Assembly (NCBI GenBank): GCA_002368805.1
Contig: DFFH01000130.1
Location: forward strand, 10,863-74,862
From: Mageeibacillus sp. UBA3781
Lineage (GTDB): Bacteria; Bacillota; Clostridia; Saccharofermentanales; Saccharofermentanaceae
Direction: 5' to 3'
DNA length: 64,000 nt
Part shown: positions 30,588-40,475 of the stretch, in pieces
How the letters are laid out: the number at the start of each line of letters is the position of its first letter
Numbering within the stretch: the stretch's first letter is position 1
Notes under the pieces: model-generated
The model's database searches: none
Told to the model about the DNA's origin: nothing
The model's input: the letters and a program-made list of their open reading frames with translations, nothing else
Program-made: the position numbers and the translations under genes

Positions 30588-31727
30588 TCAGACTACGATA
30601 TCATCCGCTCTTTCATAAAAGAGGAAAAGATTCTCTGTCATCTGTCCGACTCTGGCCGCCGCCTGCATATTCAGCTGCATATCACCAAGATACGGTCTTG
30701 CAGCATCGCCTACTCCGCCAAAGATTTCCGGTGCTTCCTCCAAAGTATCGATGATGATCAGATGTGTCTTCGTCTCATCCTTCGGGAAAAGCATCAGGCC
30801 GTACCATGCACGCAGGATACGGGGCTCATTCTTCATATGCTCGCGCAGCGCATCAAAGAGATCCTCGGGGAGATTCTCCTCCTTCGGAACAGCAAGCATT
30901 ACCGGCTGCTTAGGATCCAGTTTCTGCTCACGGATATGGCTGTTTACCTTTCTCTTATGCAGAGCCAAAGCTTCCAGAAGCTGACGTGTGACTACAAATC
31001 CTTCGGTTTTCGGATTGATCAGGAGTCCATCTACAGGAGCCTGCTTGGTGATAATCATAATACGGGCAAAATCGATCGGCTGGATAAGTTTTTCCGGAAG
31101 ATCATTCATCAGTTCCAGCTCATGGGAATCTGTAAATGCTGCCAGATAATTCTTTCCGTCACTTCCTTTAAGAAGGGCAACTCCGACTTTGGCCTCGTCC
31201 CCTTCATTTCCCGGCTGATGCATGCAGGGCGTGAGGAACTTCGCTTCCGTCGCAATATTCTCCACGAGACGGGACATGAATTCTTTATCTTCCTGCAGCC
31301 TCTTGGCTTCACGCAGAAGACCGGTAAGATATGGATTAACCGGTTCTGTGGAAGGATCTTCTTCCGAATCCATCGAATTAACAGCGGACAGCACATCATA
31401 CTTATCCACATCTCCCTGACGAAGGCCTTCCAGAACGACAGAGACGTTTTCTCCGACTTCCGCCTTAGGCATCTTATTCATCAGCGTATCCTCTACACGG
31501 AGTGCCGTAGTCTTGATCGCTTTGTTATTCCGTCCGAGAAGGAAGAGCTGCTGTCCGGGTTGAACTGTATCTCCGCGTACATTTCCGATAATGGAAACTT
31601 CCGTAGATGTCATCGAGAGGACTTCCTCTACAAGGATCGTAAGAAAAGGATACTTGATCGTTACTTCTCCCTGCTTTTCCTCTTCATTTCTTTCAACCTT
31701 ATTATTCTTTCTGTCAAACAAACCCAT
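30588..31727 (-). CDS. SseB-family protein with N-terminal EF-Tu domain II-like barrel
   Basis: The N-terminus aligns by eye with EF-Tu domain II (EEVLS..IIGNV..GENVSVVLEG..DVL). It is followed by SseB_N (YLAAFTD, LLINP) and SseB_C (ILRAWY, HLIIID) motifs. Confidence 0.7.
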   Translation of the reverse strand: MGLFDRKNNKVERNEEEKQGEVTIKYPFLTILVEEVLSMTSTEVSIIGNVRGDTVQPGQQLFLLGRNNKAIKTTALRVEDTLMNKMPKAEVGENVSVVLEGLRQGDVDKYDVLSAVNSMDSEEDPSTEPVNPYLTGLLREAKRLQEDKEFMSRLVENIATEAKFLTPCMHQPGNEGDEAKVGVALLKGSDGKNYLAAFTDSHELELMNDLPEKLIQPIDFARIMIITKQAPVDGLLINPKTEGFVVTRQLLEALALHKRKVNSHIREQKLDPKQPVMLAVPKEENLPEDLFDALREHMKNEPRILRAWYGLMLFPKDETKTHLIIIDTLEEAPEIFGGVGDAARPYLGDMQLNMQAAARVGQMTENLFLFYERADDIVV

Positions 31728-31766
31728 TTTTTAGCATTCCTTTTCCATTATTTGTTTTGGGGTGAA

Positions 31767-32873
31767 TCACCCGAGACTTACTTCTTTTTTAATGATCGTT
31801 TCCCACAGTACTTTGATACCATGTTCCACATCGTTTAGCGAATTCGCCTTAATCGGCAGCGAAACAAGCTTTATCTGATACGGATCAAGACCTGCTTCTT
31901 TTATATCATCCGTCAGGATGGTAAAAATACCCGTCTGTCTTCCGTAAGGCGGCACATAGATCGCCTGATTTCCTACTTTGAATACCGTTTTATCAAGGGT
32001 GATCTCACCGTCATCAATAAGGAACTGCAGATAGTCCGTCGTCTTATTGATAAATGTGTAGTACACACAAAAACGGGTATCAGAGACCTCGAAACGATCG
32101 ATCACGAACTGAGCACCTTCCGTGTCATACACGATCTCTGAATCTTCAGGTAATTCTTCCGGCTCATAGTGAAAAGCAGCCTCTTCCTGAGGGAACAGAT
32201 TTACCGGAACATAGTTCAGCTTATTTACCGGGTCGGCAAGGACAGCAGTCTGATCAGACGAAGCAGGCACAGCAAGAAGAAGGAATGAAATACGAGTCGG
32301 AACCGTACCATCATACTCTTTAAAGCACTGAATAAAGTTCGTCTCATCCTCTAATACGCTATGCGCATTGATCACATCCGTATAGTACACTCTGTCATTA
32401 CATTCATTATTAAAGATCGGATTTCGAAGATAAAGTGTATATGCAACGTCCGACTTATTCTCGAACTCTGATTTTACGATATACCCGTCCGGTGTTGCTT
32501 CAGAACTGACGATCGTAAAACGGAAAAACTCGTTATCCACGACAGTTGCATTCTCTAAAGGTCCGCTGAAATACCCGTCCACATCATTTGTAAGTCCCAG
32601 AGATGTCTGGGTAACAGGTATCGGTGTAGGTGTCGGAAGCGCAACATTCTCAGCAAAGATCTCCCCGTTACTGATAAACTGATCAAGGGATCCCACGTTC
32701 ATCAGATATTGAAAAGAGGGAGTTGTTTCCGAAGAGGATTCCTCCGTTTCATCTTCTTCCGATGTCTCTTCTTCTGTTTCAGTGGCTTTTTGCTTACGAT
32801 GAAGCTTACAGGAAGGCAATAACGCAACACAAAGTATGACAGATATAATCGCAATAAGTCTTTGTCTCTTCAC
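31767..32873 (-). CDS. Lipoprotein of unknown function
   Basis: Lipobox LLPSC, acidic/Thr linker and beta-rich domains. Confidence 0.75.
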   Translation of the reverse strand: MKRQRLIAIISVILCVALLPSCKLHRKQKATETEEETSEEDETEESSSETTPSFQYLMNVGSLDQFISNGEIFAENVALPTPTPIPVTQTSLGLTNDVDGYFSGPLENATVVDNEFFRFTIVSSEATPDGYIVKSEFENKSDVAYTLYLRNPIFNNECNDRVYYTDVINAHSVLEDETNFIQCFKEYDGTVPTRISFLLLAVPASSDQTAVLADPVNKLNYVPVNLFPQEEAAFHYEPEELPEDSEIVYDTEGAQFVIDRFEVSDTRFCVYYTFINKTTDYLQFLIDDGEITLDKTVFKVGNQAIYVPPYGRQTGIFTILTDDIKEAGLDPYQIKLVSLPIKANSLNDVEHGIKVLWETIIKKEVSLG

Positions 32874-32939
32874 TTTGAAGCCTCCGAATCAGAATAAACT
32901 GATTTATTTTACCACAAAGACGAGCCTACAACAAATTGA

Positions 32940-34202
32940 TCAGTGCTTCTGCATCGTTGCAACAAATTCGGCGATCGCCTGACAGATCTTAAACTGCTCA
33001 TTCGCATCCTGAAGTCTGGTTTCATCATCGCTGTTCGTCAGATAACCCATGCGGACCATAAAGGACGGCACCGAGGAAGCCCAGTTAAGACCGGTATAGT
33101 TTCCGCTTGCCTTGCATCCGGCAAAAGCACAGCCCGTCTTCGTTTCGATCATCTTTCCGAGCGTCTCTCCCCAGGAAGGAAGCTGCTGTGCATATTTCCC
33201 CGAAGAAGGAACGATCACTTCACAGCCGCTGGTCTTTGAATCATTGGCAGCATTGCAGTACAGGCGGATAAAGAGATCCGGATCATGCTCTACAGCAAAT
33301 TCGGCACGTTCTTTATTGGAGATATCGACATCATTCGTCTCACGGGTAAGGAATACCTCGCATCCGAGAGATTCGAGATAGTCTTTCAGAAGGAGTGCTG
33401 TTTCCAGATTGATCTCCGACTCATCTCTTCCGGTGACCGTACCGATAAAACCCTGTGCGGATCTATCCTTGGATCCGCCCATGGAGGATGACATCACTTC
33501 AGGTTCCTTGCTGGCTTCCGCCTGATGCCCCGGGTCGATCACCACTTTATATCCGGCAAGTGCCGGTCCGCCTGCCGGGAAAGGTGTCGCCGCAGGAGTC
33601 GGGGTCGGTGCCGGTGTTGTTTCTTCGGTAGTCGTACTCTCGGATTCAGGAGAAGTAGTCGTTGTCTGGGATAAAGTAGTAAGAGATGTCACCGAAGTGG
33701 AAGTATTCGATGTATCTTTCGACTTGGAAGTAAAATGCGAAACAGCAAAGAAAATACCGGTTCCGATAGCTGCGATCACCAAAATGATCGTGGTTGCCAG
33801 ACAGATGGATACGAGTCTTCTTCTTGCTTCCAGTTTCGGATCCTTTAATCTTCTTCTGGTATTGTTACCGGGTCTTCCGGGACCGGCACCCTGAGAAGGA
33901 CGCACAGGAGCTCCCTGCGTCGGACGCGTGGAGGCAGCCGCCGCCGGGCGTCTCGGTTCAGTCTGGACATTCTCGCGTGCAGGCGTTGCTTTCGGAGGTT
34001 CATTTGAAGGAGAAGTATTTAATGACTTGGGGGCTCCGGAAGACGGGACACGGCGGATCTCACTCATAAGCGAAGAAAGATCCAGCGCCTGGTTCTGCTC
34101 GGGAACCGCTTTATCTCTATTCATCAGATCACTAAGATCCGGGACACCACCATTCGGAGTTCTTTCCGCTCCATGATTCAGTTTGTCATCTTCGCCGTTC
34201 AT
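32940..34202 (-). CDS. Membrane-anchored Amidase_3 homologue, probably catalytically inactive
   Basis: VVIDPGHQ, ESEINL, LTRE and ISNKERA motifs. The third Zn ligand and the catalytic Glu are replaced (RLYCN, MVRMGYLTN). Disordered N-terminus, one TM helix and a Thr-rich linker. Confidence 0.85.
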   Translation of the reverse strand: MNGEDDKLNHGAERTPNGGVPDLSDLMNRDKAVPEQNQALDLSSLMSEIRRVPSSGAPKSLNTSPSNEPPKATPARENVQTEPRRPAAAASTRPTQGAPVRPSQGAGPGRPGNNTRRRLKDPKLEARRRLVSICLATTIILVIAAIGTGIFFAVSHFTSKSKDTSNTSTSVTSLTTLSQTTTTSPESESTTTEETTPAPTPTPAATPFPAGGPALAGYKVVIDPGHQAEASKEPEVMSSSMGGSKDRSAQGFIGTVTGRDESEINLETALLLKDYLESLGCEVFLTRETNDVDISNKERAEFAVEHDPDLFIRLYCNAANDSKTSGCEVIVPSSGKYAQQLPSWGETLGKMIETKTGCAFAGCKASGNYTGLNWASSVPSFMVRMGYLTNSDDETRLQDANEQFKICQAIAEFVATMQKH

Positions 34203-34406
34203 TGCTATTTCCCTTCAAACATAAACTTACATGTTAGATTCTAACACAGCTCATGTAGCAGAGAATTTACAGCTTTGAGTATCCTTTATTACAGATTCAC
34301 TCTTTTCCGATACGTATTATGACGAAAACAGCATGTAAAAATGTTTTGAATTTTCAAAGAGAATCGTATAAAATTATATTAATTTTTTTATTTAGGGGAT
34401 GAATCT

Positions 34407-35558
34407 GTGACTACGAAAGAAGCGATTGTGATCGGACTCGGTATTTCAGGCTGTTCAGCTGCACGCCTGCTTGCCGAATCAGGCTATACGGTCACTTGTT
34501 TCGAGGGCGAATCCCACATTGGCGGGTCCTTATTCGAAGAAGTGCGTCCAAATGGTATTCGTGTCCAGTCGCGCGGTCCTTCTGTATTTCATACCGATAA
34601 CGAGAAAGTATATCAGTTCATCAAGCGCTTCGGTGCTTTCTTTCCGTATAACCACCGGGTCTTTCTATCGTATCAGAATAAGATCGTTCCTCTTCCTCTC
34701 AATGCAAATTCACTTCAGGTGATCTTCGGAAACAGACAGTCTGATGCTCTTCTCTCCAGGCTTTCCGCCGCTTTTCCGGGAATAAAGCGCATATCTGTCG
34801 ATCGTCTTATTGATTCTCACGATGCGAAACTGATCGATCTCGGACGGTTCATTATCGAGAATATCCTTATCCAGAACATAAACAGGAAAGACGGAAGTTC
34901 TTTTATACCTGCGGATGATTCTTATACCAATGATGCATATGTCGATATCGGAAACGATGACTGCTACTATACCGACAGCATCCAGGCCATGCCGATGCAG
35001 GGCTTTATGTCGATCATGGAACACATGATCGATCACCCGGCGATCAGCGTTTACCTGAATACAGACGCACTTTCACGTATCGCTGTGCATCAGGACAATT
35101 CAACGATACTCTTTGACGGAGTCCCCTTCAAGGGACCGATCATTTACACTCCGTCTCTGGATAAATTCTTTCACTATCGTCTGGGCGCACTTCCCTACCG
35201 CACTTGCCGGGTCTCCTTCCGGGATGTTGATACGGATTTCCAGAATGAATGCGCTGTATTACTTACACCGAAAAATAAAGAAACCATCCGTATCACGGAA
35301 AGCAAATACATGACACTGCAGGATATCAGCGGACAGACCAGTCTTATGCTGGAATCTCCATATGTATCTTTTACCAAAGGGATCTCAGAGCCATTTGAGC
35401 CGGTGATCAATGACGAAAGCAGGGAATTATATAATCAGTATCTGCGCCTGGCAAAAGAATGTCCTTCTCTTCACCTTTTAGGCCGTTTCGCATGTTTCCG
35501 GAATCTCTCGATCGCAGAGAGTATCGAGCAGGCGATCGATACCGTCACAGGTATCTGA
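34407..35558 (+). CDS. UDP-galactopyranose mutase (Glf)-like flavoprotein, degenerate
   Basis: GLGISG FAD motif, HIGG, GPSVFHT, LPYR, RITE.K and LLGRFA. Substrate-binding motifs are altered. Confidence 0.8.
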   Translation: MTTKEAIVIGLGISGCSAARLLAESGYTVTCFEGESHIGGSLFEEVRPNGIRVQSRGPSVFHTDNEKVYQFIKRFGAFFPYNHRVFLSYQNKIVPLPLNANSLQVIFGNRQSDALLSRLSAAFPGIKRISVDRLIDSHDAKLIDLGRFIIENILIQNINRKDGSSFIPADDSYTNDAYVDIGNDDCYYTDSIQAMPMQGFMSIMEHMIDHPAISVYLNTDALSRIAVHQDNSTILFDGVPFKGPIIYTPSLDKFFHYRLGALPYRTCRVSFRDVDTDFQNECAVLLTPKNKETIRITESKYMTLQDISGQTSLMLESPYVSFTKGISEPFEPVINDESRELYNQYLRLAKECPSLHLLGRFACFRNLSIAESIEQAIDTVTGI

Positions 35559-35560
35559 TA

Positions 35561-37003
35561 TTACTCTTCAGATTCCAGCGTATATACCGAGATCGGAATA
35601 TCCTCCGGACGCTGCATTACCACACGGAAGTACACTCTCTCATCGCACTTCACATTGACCTTGAGTCGGACAGAACCGGTCGTTTCCACATTTGCCATAT
35701 CCACATATGCAGACAGATCAGATGCCGTAAGGTTCTCGACAACGTTCTTACGTCCGACGATACGTACGGTGACATTCTGAATCGGATACTGTGAAGACAG
35801 ATTCTTCTCTGTCATCACGTCAGAATTCTCGTATTGAAGTTGAAGCGTAAATGTCTTCTCTGTGACCGGGTTGGTCGTAACCTGAATATACATCCACAGC
35901 ATAAGCGAGAAAACAAACGAGATCAGAAGCAGAAGCGGACTTGCCGAGCGCTTTTTCTTCTTCGCCTTATTCATCTTTCTTGCAACAGACGGGACGGTCT
36001 CATCATCACGTTCATCATCCGAGGCATCTCTGGATGATGCCGCAACAGAAAACGCAGTGACCGGTTCTGCGGCAGAAGCTGCGACAGCCACATTCTTCTT
36101 CCCGTTTTTCTTATTATGTTTCTTGCTTCTGATCGCATGCTTGTTTGTAGATACCGAAGTAATACCGAGAAGATAGAACAGATTCTTTCTGAGGTCCTGG
36201 CCGTCTTTCATCTCGTAAAGGGTCCCATCAACGGCAACAGAGATCGTTCCTCTTTCCTCCGATACAACAACTGCGATCGTATCACCGATCTCACTGGCGC
36301 CGACCGCCGCTCTGTGTCTGGTTCCGTAACGCTCGATCATATGAAGTGTCTCGGACAGCGGAACATGGCATCTTGCAGCGATGATCCTTCCGTCACGGAT
36401 CAAAAGGGCACCATCATGCATCGGAGAACCTTTATAAAATATCGACTGAAGCATCGAATTCGTAACGGAGGAATCAAGTCGTACCACATTCTCCTGCTTA
36501 AGAAGCTCAGACAGCTTTGTCGATCTTTCGAGGAGCATGATCGCTCCTGTATAGGTCTTGCTCATTTCCGTACAAGCCTTGACGATCTCATCGACCATCG
36601 TCACATATTTCAGCTGCTCATCGGAATCGTCATTCAGGATCACATTCGAAAATGACGAGAAAGATTTAAGACCTACAGTCTCCAGCGCATGACGGAGTTC
36701 CGGCTGGAAGATAACAACAAACAGGATCGCTATGATATAAAGGAGTTTGTTAAAGATATATCCGACCATCTCCAGTCCGAGGAAGCTGCATACCAGAACA
36801 AATGCCAGTATAAGAAGTACACCTTTCAGCAGCTGCCATGCACGGGTATCACGGATAATACGGAGAATATTGTAAAGAACGAATGTGACCAGAAGAATAT
36901 CGATGACGTAACGGACAAGATCCAGCGGTCCGCCAAAGAACATGTAACCGCTGTCCAGACTGGAAAAGACTTCACGGATAAAATCTGTGAAATTCTCGAA
37001 CAT
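35561..37003 (-). CDS. cdaA: Diadenylate cyclase CdaA fused to a CdaR-like TM + YbbR domain
   Basis: Three N-terminal TM helices, IFQPELR, HDGA, GTRHRAA and VSEERG. Then a linker, TM (ISFVFSLMLWMYI) and YbbR-like VTVRIVG..LSAYVDM. AGGAGG RBS. Confidence 0.9.
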   Translation of the reverse strand: MFENFTDFIREVFSSLDSGYMFFGGPLDLVRYVIDILLVTFVLYNILRIIRDTRAWQLLKGVLLILAFVLVCSFLGLEMVGYIFNKLLYIIAILFVVIFQPELRHALETVGLKSFSSFSNVILNDDSDEQLKYVTMVDEIVKACTEMSKTYTGAIMLLERSTKLSELLKQENVVRLDSSVTNSMLQSIFYKGSPMHDGALLIRDGRIIAARCHVPLSETLHMIERYGTRHRAAVGASEIGDTIAVVVSEERGTISVAVDGTLYEMKDGQDLRKNLFYLLGITSVSTNKHAIRSKKHNKKNGKKNVAVAASAAEPVTAFSVAASSRDASDDERDDETVPSVARKMNKAKKKKRSASPLLLLISFVFSLMLWMYIQVTTNPVTEKTFTLQLQYENSDVMTEKNLSSQYPIQNVTVRIVGRKNVVENLTASDLSAYVDMANVETTGSVRLKVNVKCDERVYFRVVMQRPEDIPISVYTLESEE

Positions 37004-37092
37004 GACGCATCCCCTCCTGATCAATTCTATTTATTATAGCACATTCATCTCAGATATGGCGAGACACATAAGAAACAGAAAATCAGGGAGTA

Positions 37093-37764
37093 TCACACTT
37101 CTCCGATATCTTTTTTCAGGGACGGCATATCGGCGATACCGATCGTTCTTGCTGATATAGAGATCCTTCCCTCCGCTTCCATCAGCGAAAGTTCTCTGGA
37201 GAAACTCGGTCTCGGGATCGCCAGAAGCTTGGATATCACTTCTTTTGACACAGGAAGGACAACACGATCTCCTCCCTGTTCTTCCGCCAGCGTCAGCAAA
37301 TAGTATGCGATCTTCTGACGTACGGTCTTCTGCGAAAGGATCGTGATCATCTGCTTAAGCGAACGGAATCTTTTCGCGATGACCTGATGGAAATTTTCTC
37401 TTATTTCAGGGAAAGACTCCATAAGACAAAAGAGCTGTTCTGTCGGGACACAGAAGATCTCCACTTCTGAAACGGCTTCCAGCGCAGATGCATACTTATT
37501 TTCTTCGGAGTACAGAAGTTCCTCTCCGAAGCAATCCCCGGGATGCAAAAGACAGATAGTAGAGTAATCTCCTGCCGGAGTATATTTCTGTTCCGCAGCA
37601 GATCCGGCCATCAGGAGAAAAAGTCCCTTGCACTCATCTCCTTCCGAAACGATAAGATCACCACGGTGCCACTTACGGAGCCGGCCGGCTGATTTCAGTG
37701 CATTTTCCGCTTCTTCACCGAGACCGGAAAACAGAAGAGGTATCATACTATCTTCATTTTTCAT
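37093..37764 (-). CDS. Crp/Fnr family transcriptional regulator
   Basis: cNMP-type barrel (GDCFGE) and C-terminal HTH (IPRPSFSREL). Start overlaps the nagA stop. Confidence 0.9.
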   Translation of the reverse strand: MKNEDSMIPLLFSGLGEEAENALKSAGRLRKWHRGDLIVSEGDECKGLFLLMAGSAAEQKYTPAGDYSTICLLHPGDCFGEELLYSEENKYASALEAVSEVEIFCVPTEQLFCLMESFPEIRENFHQVIAKRFRSLKQMITILSQKTVRQKIAYYLLTLAEEQGGDRVVLPVSKEVISKLLAIPRPSFSRELSLMEAEGRISISARTIGIADMPSLKKDIGEV

Positions 37765-38905
37765 ATACAAGATTTCCCTTCACAAAGACTTTTTGCACAT
37801 TGTATTCATTATCGAGCGCAACCAGATCCGCGTATTTTCCAATCTCGATCGAACCAGTCTCATGATCGATATTAAGCACTCTCGCCGGATTCAGAGTACA
37901 TGCTCGAAGTGCAGTTCCAAACGGGATCTTAAGATCCAGGAGATTTCTGAACTCCGCATAAATGTCGGTGGTGGATCCGGCAAGTCTCCCGCCTCCGAAG
38001 TCCGTCCTGCCATTTTTCACACGGACCATCGTACCGCCCAGATCATACTCTCCGTCAGGCATCCCGGCGGCACGCATCGCATCCGACACAACGACCGCTC
38101 TTTTGTCCCCCAGGACAGCAAAAGCGATCTTCAGAACCGCCGGATGGACATGAAGTCCATCACATATCAGTTCACAGGTCACAGAAGGATCTTCAAGAAG
38201 GGCGCCTACACAGCCCGGCGCGTGATGGGACAGCGGCTCCATCGCATTAAAAAGATGCGTCCCGTGCGAAAGTCCGAGATCGATCGCCTGTCTGCAAACG
38301 TCATAAGATGCAGCAGTATGTGCCGCCGATAAGACGTATTTTTCTTTCATTTCCGATATAAAAGCACTTGCACCTTCAAGTTCCGGTGCTATATCGATGA
38401 TCGAGATAAGATCTTCAGGAAGATCTTTAAGGATCTCTTTTATAAACTCGCAAGAAGGATCCTGCGCAAACTCCGTATTCTGTACTCCGCATTTCTGTTT
38501 GGATAAAAACGGTCCCTCGAGACGAACACCCAGCATCCTTGCGCCCGGAGGCGCTTCTTTTCGGAAAGCATCGGCAGCATGAAGCGCACCGGTCAGTTTT
38601 TCCTTCGGGATCATCATAGTCGTCGGGCAAAAAGATGTCACACCTTTTTCTGCCAGATATAAGGAGATCTTTTTAAGGCCTTCCACCTCGCCATCAGAGG
38701 TATCCGCTCCGAGCGCACCATGGATATGCAGGTCGATAAAACCGGGGATCAGTATCATCCCCGAAAGGTCAAGATCCTCATCTGAGGAAGATTCGGAAAC
38801 ACTACTCTCATGGACAGATACTATCCTGCCTTCTTCTATGATCAACGTCCTGTTCTTCTGAAGTGAAAAGGATGGATCCACAATATCCGCATGAGTCAGC
38901 CGCAT
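37754..38905 (-). CDS. nagA: N-acetylglucosamine-6-phosphate deacetylase
   Basis: PGFIDLHIHG, LEGPF, AHT, THLFNAM, DGLHVH, VSDAM and LAGS motifs. Confidence 0.95.
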   Translation of the reverse strand: MRLTHADIVDPSFSLQKNRTLIIEEGRIVSVHESSVSESSSDEDLDLSGMILIPGFIDLHIHGALGADTSDGEVEGLKKISLYLAEKGVTSFCPTTMMIPKEKLTGALHAADAFRKEAPPGARMLGVRLEGPFLSKQKCGVQNTEFAQDPSCEFIKEILKDLPEDLISIIDIAPELEGASAFISEMKEKYVLSAAHTAASYDVCRQAIDLGLSHGTHLFNAMEPLSHHAPGCVGALLEDPSVTCELICDGLHVHPAVLKIAFAVLGDKRAVVVSDAMRAAGMPDGEYDLGGTMVRVKNGRTDFGGGRLAGSTTDIYAEFRNLLDLKIPFGTALRACTLNPARVLNIDHETGSIEIGKYADLVALDNEYNVQKVFVKGNLVYEK

Positions 38906-39133
38906 ATGTATGTTTTTCCTCCCGATTGAGCCCTTTTTCCATCTGTTTTTCATTTTACATCGAAAATATCTTTTACATCAACTGATCAAAAAGTGCCTTG
39001 CGCATCGCAAACATGGCATATTTCTTTACGAAAAGGGACATTTTTGGCTTTTTCGGAAAATCCTTGCCCCACAAAGAAAAAAAGGGACTATAATCAGAGT
39101 CAGAAAATTATATGTTGATATAGGAGGATAATT

Positions 39134-40210
39134 ATGTTCCCAGAAATTTCGGTTACTAAGACAACCTCACCAAGACAGAAACCGCAGGCGGGTCAGCCGC
39201 TGCCTTTCGGACACATCTTCTCCGACCACATGTTCGTCATGGACTATGTTGAAGGTCAGGGATGGATCAATCCGAGGATCGTTCCGTATGGTCCTTTTGA
39301 GATCGAGCCTTCTGCTATGGTATTCCACTATGGTCAGGCAGTATTTGAAGGTCTTAAAGCTTATAAGTGCGAAGATGGTTCCATCAACCTGTTCCGTCCG
39401 GCTTGCAACTTCGAGCGTATGAATAACAGTAACGACCGTCTCGTTATCCCGAAGGTCGATGTTGACTTCTGCGTACATGCTACAAAGAAGCTCGTCGAGC
39501 TCGACAAAGACTGGATCCCTTCCGGTAAGGGCGAGTCCATGTACATCCGTCCGTTCGTTATCGCTACTGACCCGTACCTCGGTGTACGTGCTTCCAACAC
39601 ATATAAGTTCTTCATCCTGCTCTCACCTTCCGGTGCTTACTATGCACATGGCATCAAGCCGGTAAAGATCTATGTTGAAGATAAGTACGTTCGTGCTGTA
39701 CGTGGCGGTACAGGCTTTACAAAGTGCGCCGGTAACTACGGCTGCTCCCTGATCGCTCAGACCATCGCTCATGACTCCGGTTACGAGCAGGTACTCTGGC
39801 TAGACGGTGTTGAGCAGAAGTACATCGAGGAAGTCGGCGCTATGAACATCATGTTCATCATCGACAACAAGCTGGTTACTCCTTCTCTGGCAGCCGGTTC
39901 CATCCTGCCGGGTATCACAAGAAGATCCTGCATCGAGATCGCAAAGGATATGGGTCTTGAGGTCGAGGAGAGAAAGATCTCTATCGACGAAGTCATCGAG
40001 GCTGGTAAGTCCGGCCGCATGCAGGAGTGCTTCGGCTGTGGTACAGCTGCTGTTGTTTCTCCTGTCGGCGAGCTCAAGTATGAGGATACCGTCATCAACA
40101 TCAACAATGGCGAGATCGGTCCGATCACACAGAAGTTCTACGATACCATCACAGGTATCCAGAGCGGAAAAGTGGAAGACAAGTTCGGCTGGATCACTAA
40201 GGTCGACTAA
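39134..40210 (+). CDS. ilvE: Branched-chain amino acid aminotransferase
   Basis: [23 protein letters not shown] (PLP Lys), [14 protein letters not shown] and GTAAVVSP motifs. Confidence 0.97.
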   Translation: MFPEISVTKTTSPRQKPQAGQPLPFGHIFSDHMFVMDYVEGQGWINPRIVPYGPFEIEPSAMVFHYGQAVFEGLKAYKCEDGSINLFRPACNFERMNNSNDRLVIPKVDVDFCVHATKKLVELDKDWIPSGKGESMYIRPFVIATDPYLGVRASNTYKFFILLSPSGAYYAHGIKPVKIYVEDKYVRAVRGGTGFTKCAGNYGCSLIAQTIAHDSGYEQVLWLDGVEQKYIEEVGAMNIMFIIDNKLVTPSLAAGSILPGITRRSCIEIAKDMGLEVEERKISIDEVIEAGKSGRMQECFGCGTAAVVSPVGELKYEDTVININNGEIGPITQKFYDTITGIQSGKVEDKFGWITKVD

Positions 40211-40245
40211 GGCTTCTCCTCTTCCGGAAAAGAATATAAAAACAC

Positions 40246-40288
40246 AAAACCTGCTAACAAAAATCAATAGTTTGTTGGCAGGTTTTTT
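40246..40288 (+). terminator. ilvE terminator
   Basis: AAAACCTGCTAACAAA...TTTGTTGGCAGGTTTTTT. Confidence 0.85.
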
Positions 40289-40317
40289 ATGCGGAATATC
40301 GGCATTTCAGTTATATA

Positions 40318-40392
40318 CAAAAATAACCATCTGATCAAATCAGATGGCCATTCTTGTAGTTACAAAATCCGGATAATCTTTCCGTCTTTCTG
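40318..40392 (-). ncRNA. Candidate ~75-nt small RNA
   Basis: Minus-strand TTGTTA-17-TATTAT promoter with TG extension (40398-40426) and a terminator hairpin (40325-40349), with no real ORF between them. Confidence 0.45.
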
Positions 40393-40475
40393 TGAAGATA
40401 ATACCATGTATTTGACAAAATAACAAGTGCAAAAAACCACTTCACAGAATTGTAAAATAGATTCAATATTCCTGA

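Noticed and set aside
30490..30600. Possible island integrated at the tmRNA 3' end (or at tRNA-Leu, 60279)
   Set aside because: No integrase, no duplicated 3'-end att sequence and no phage genes were seen.
39048..39109. Two CodY-like boxes upstream of ilvE
   Set aside because: Each has four mismatches to AATTTTCWGAAAATT in AT-rich DNA, too weak to call.
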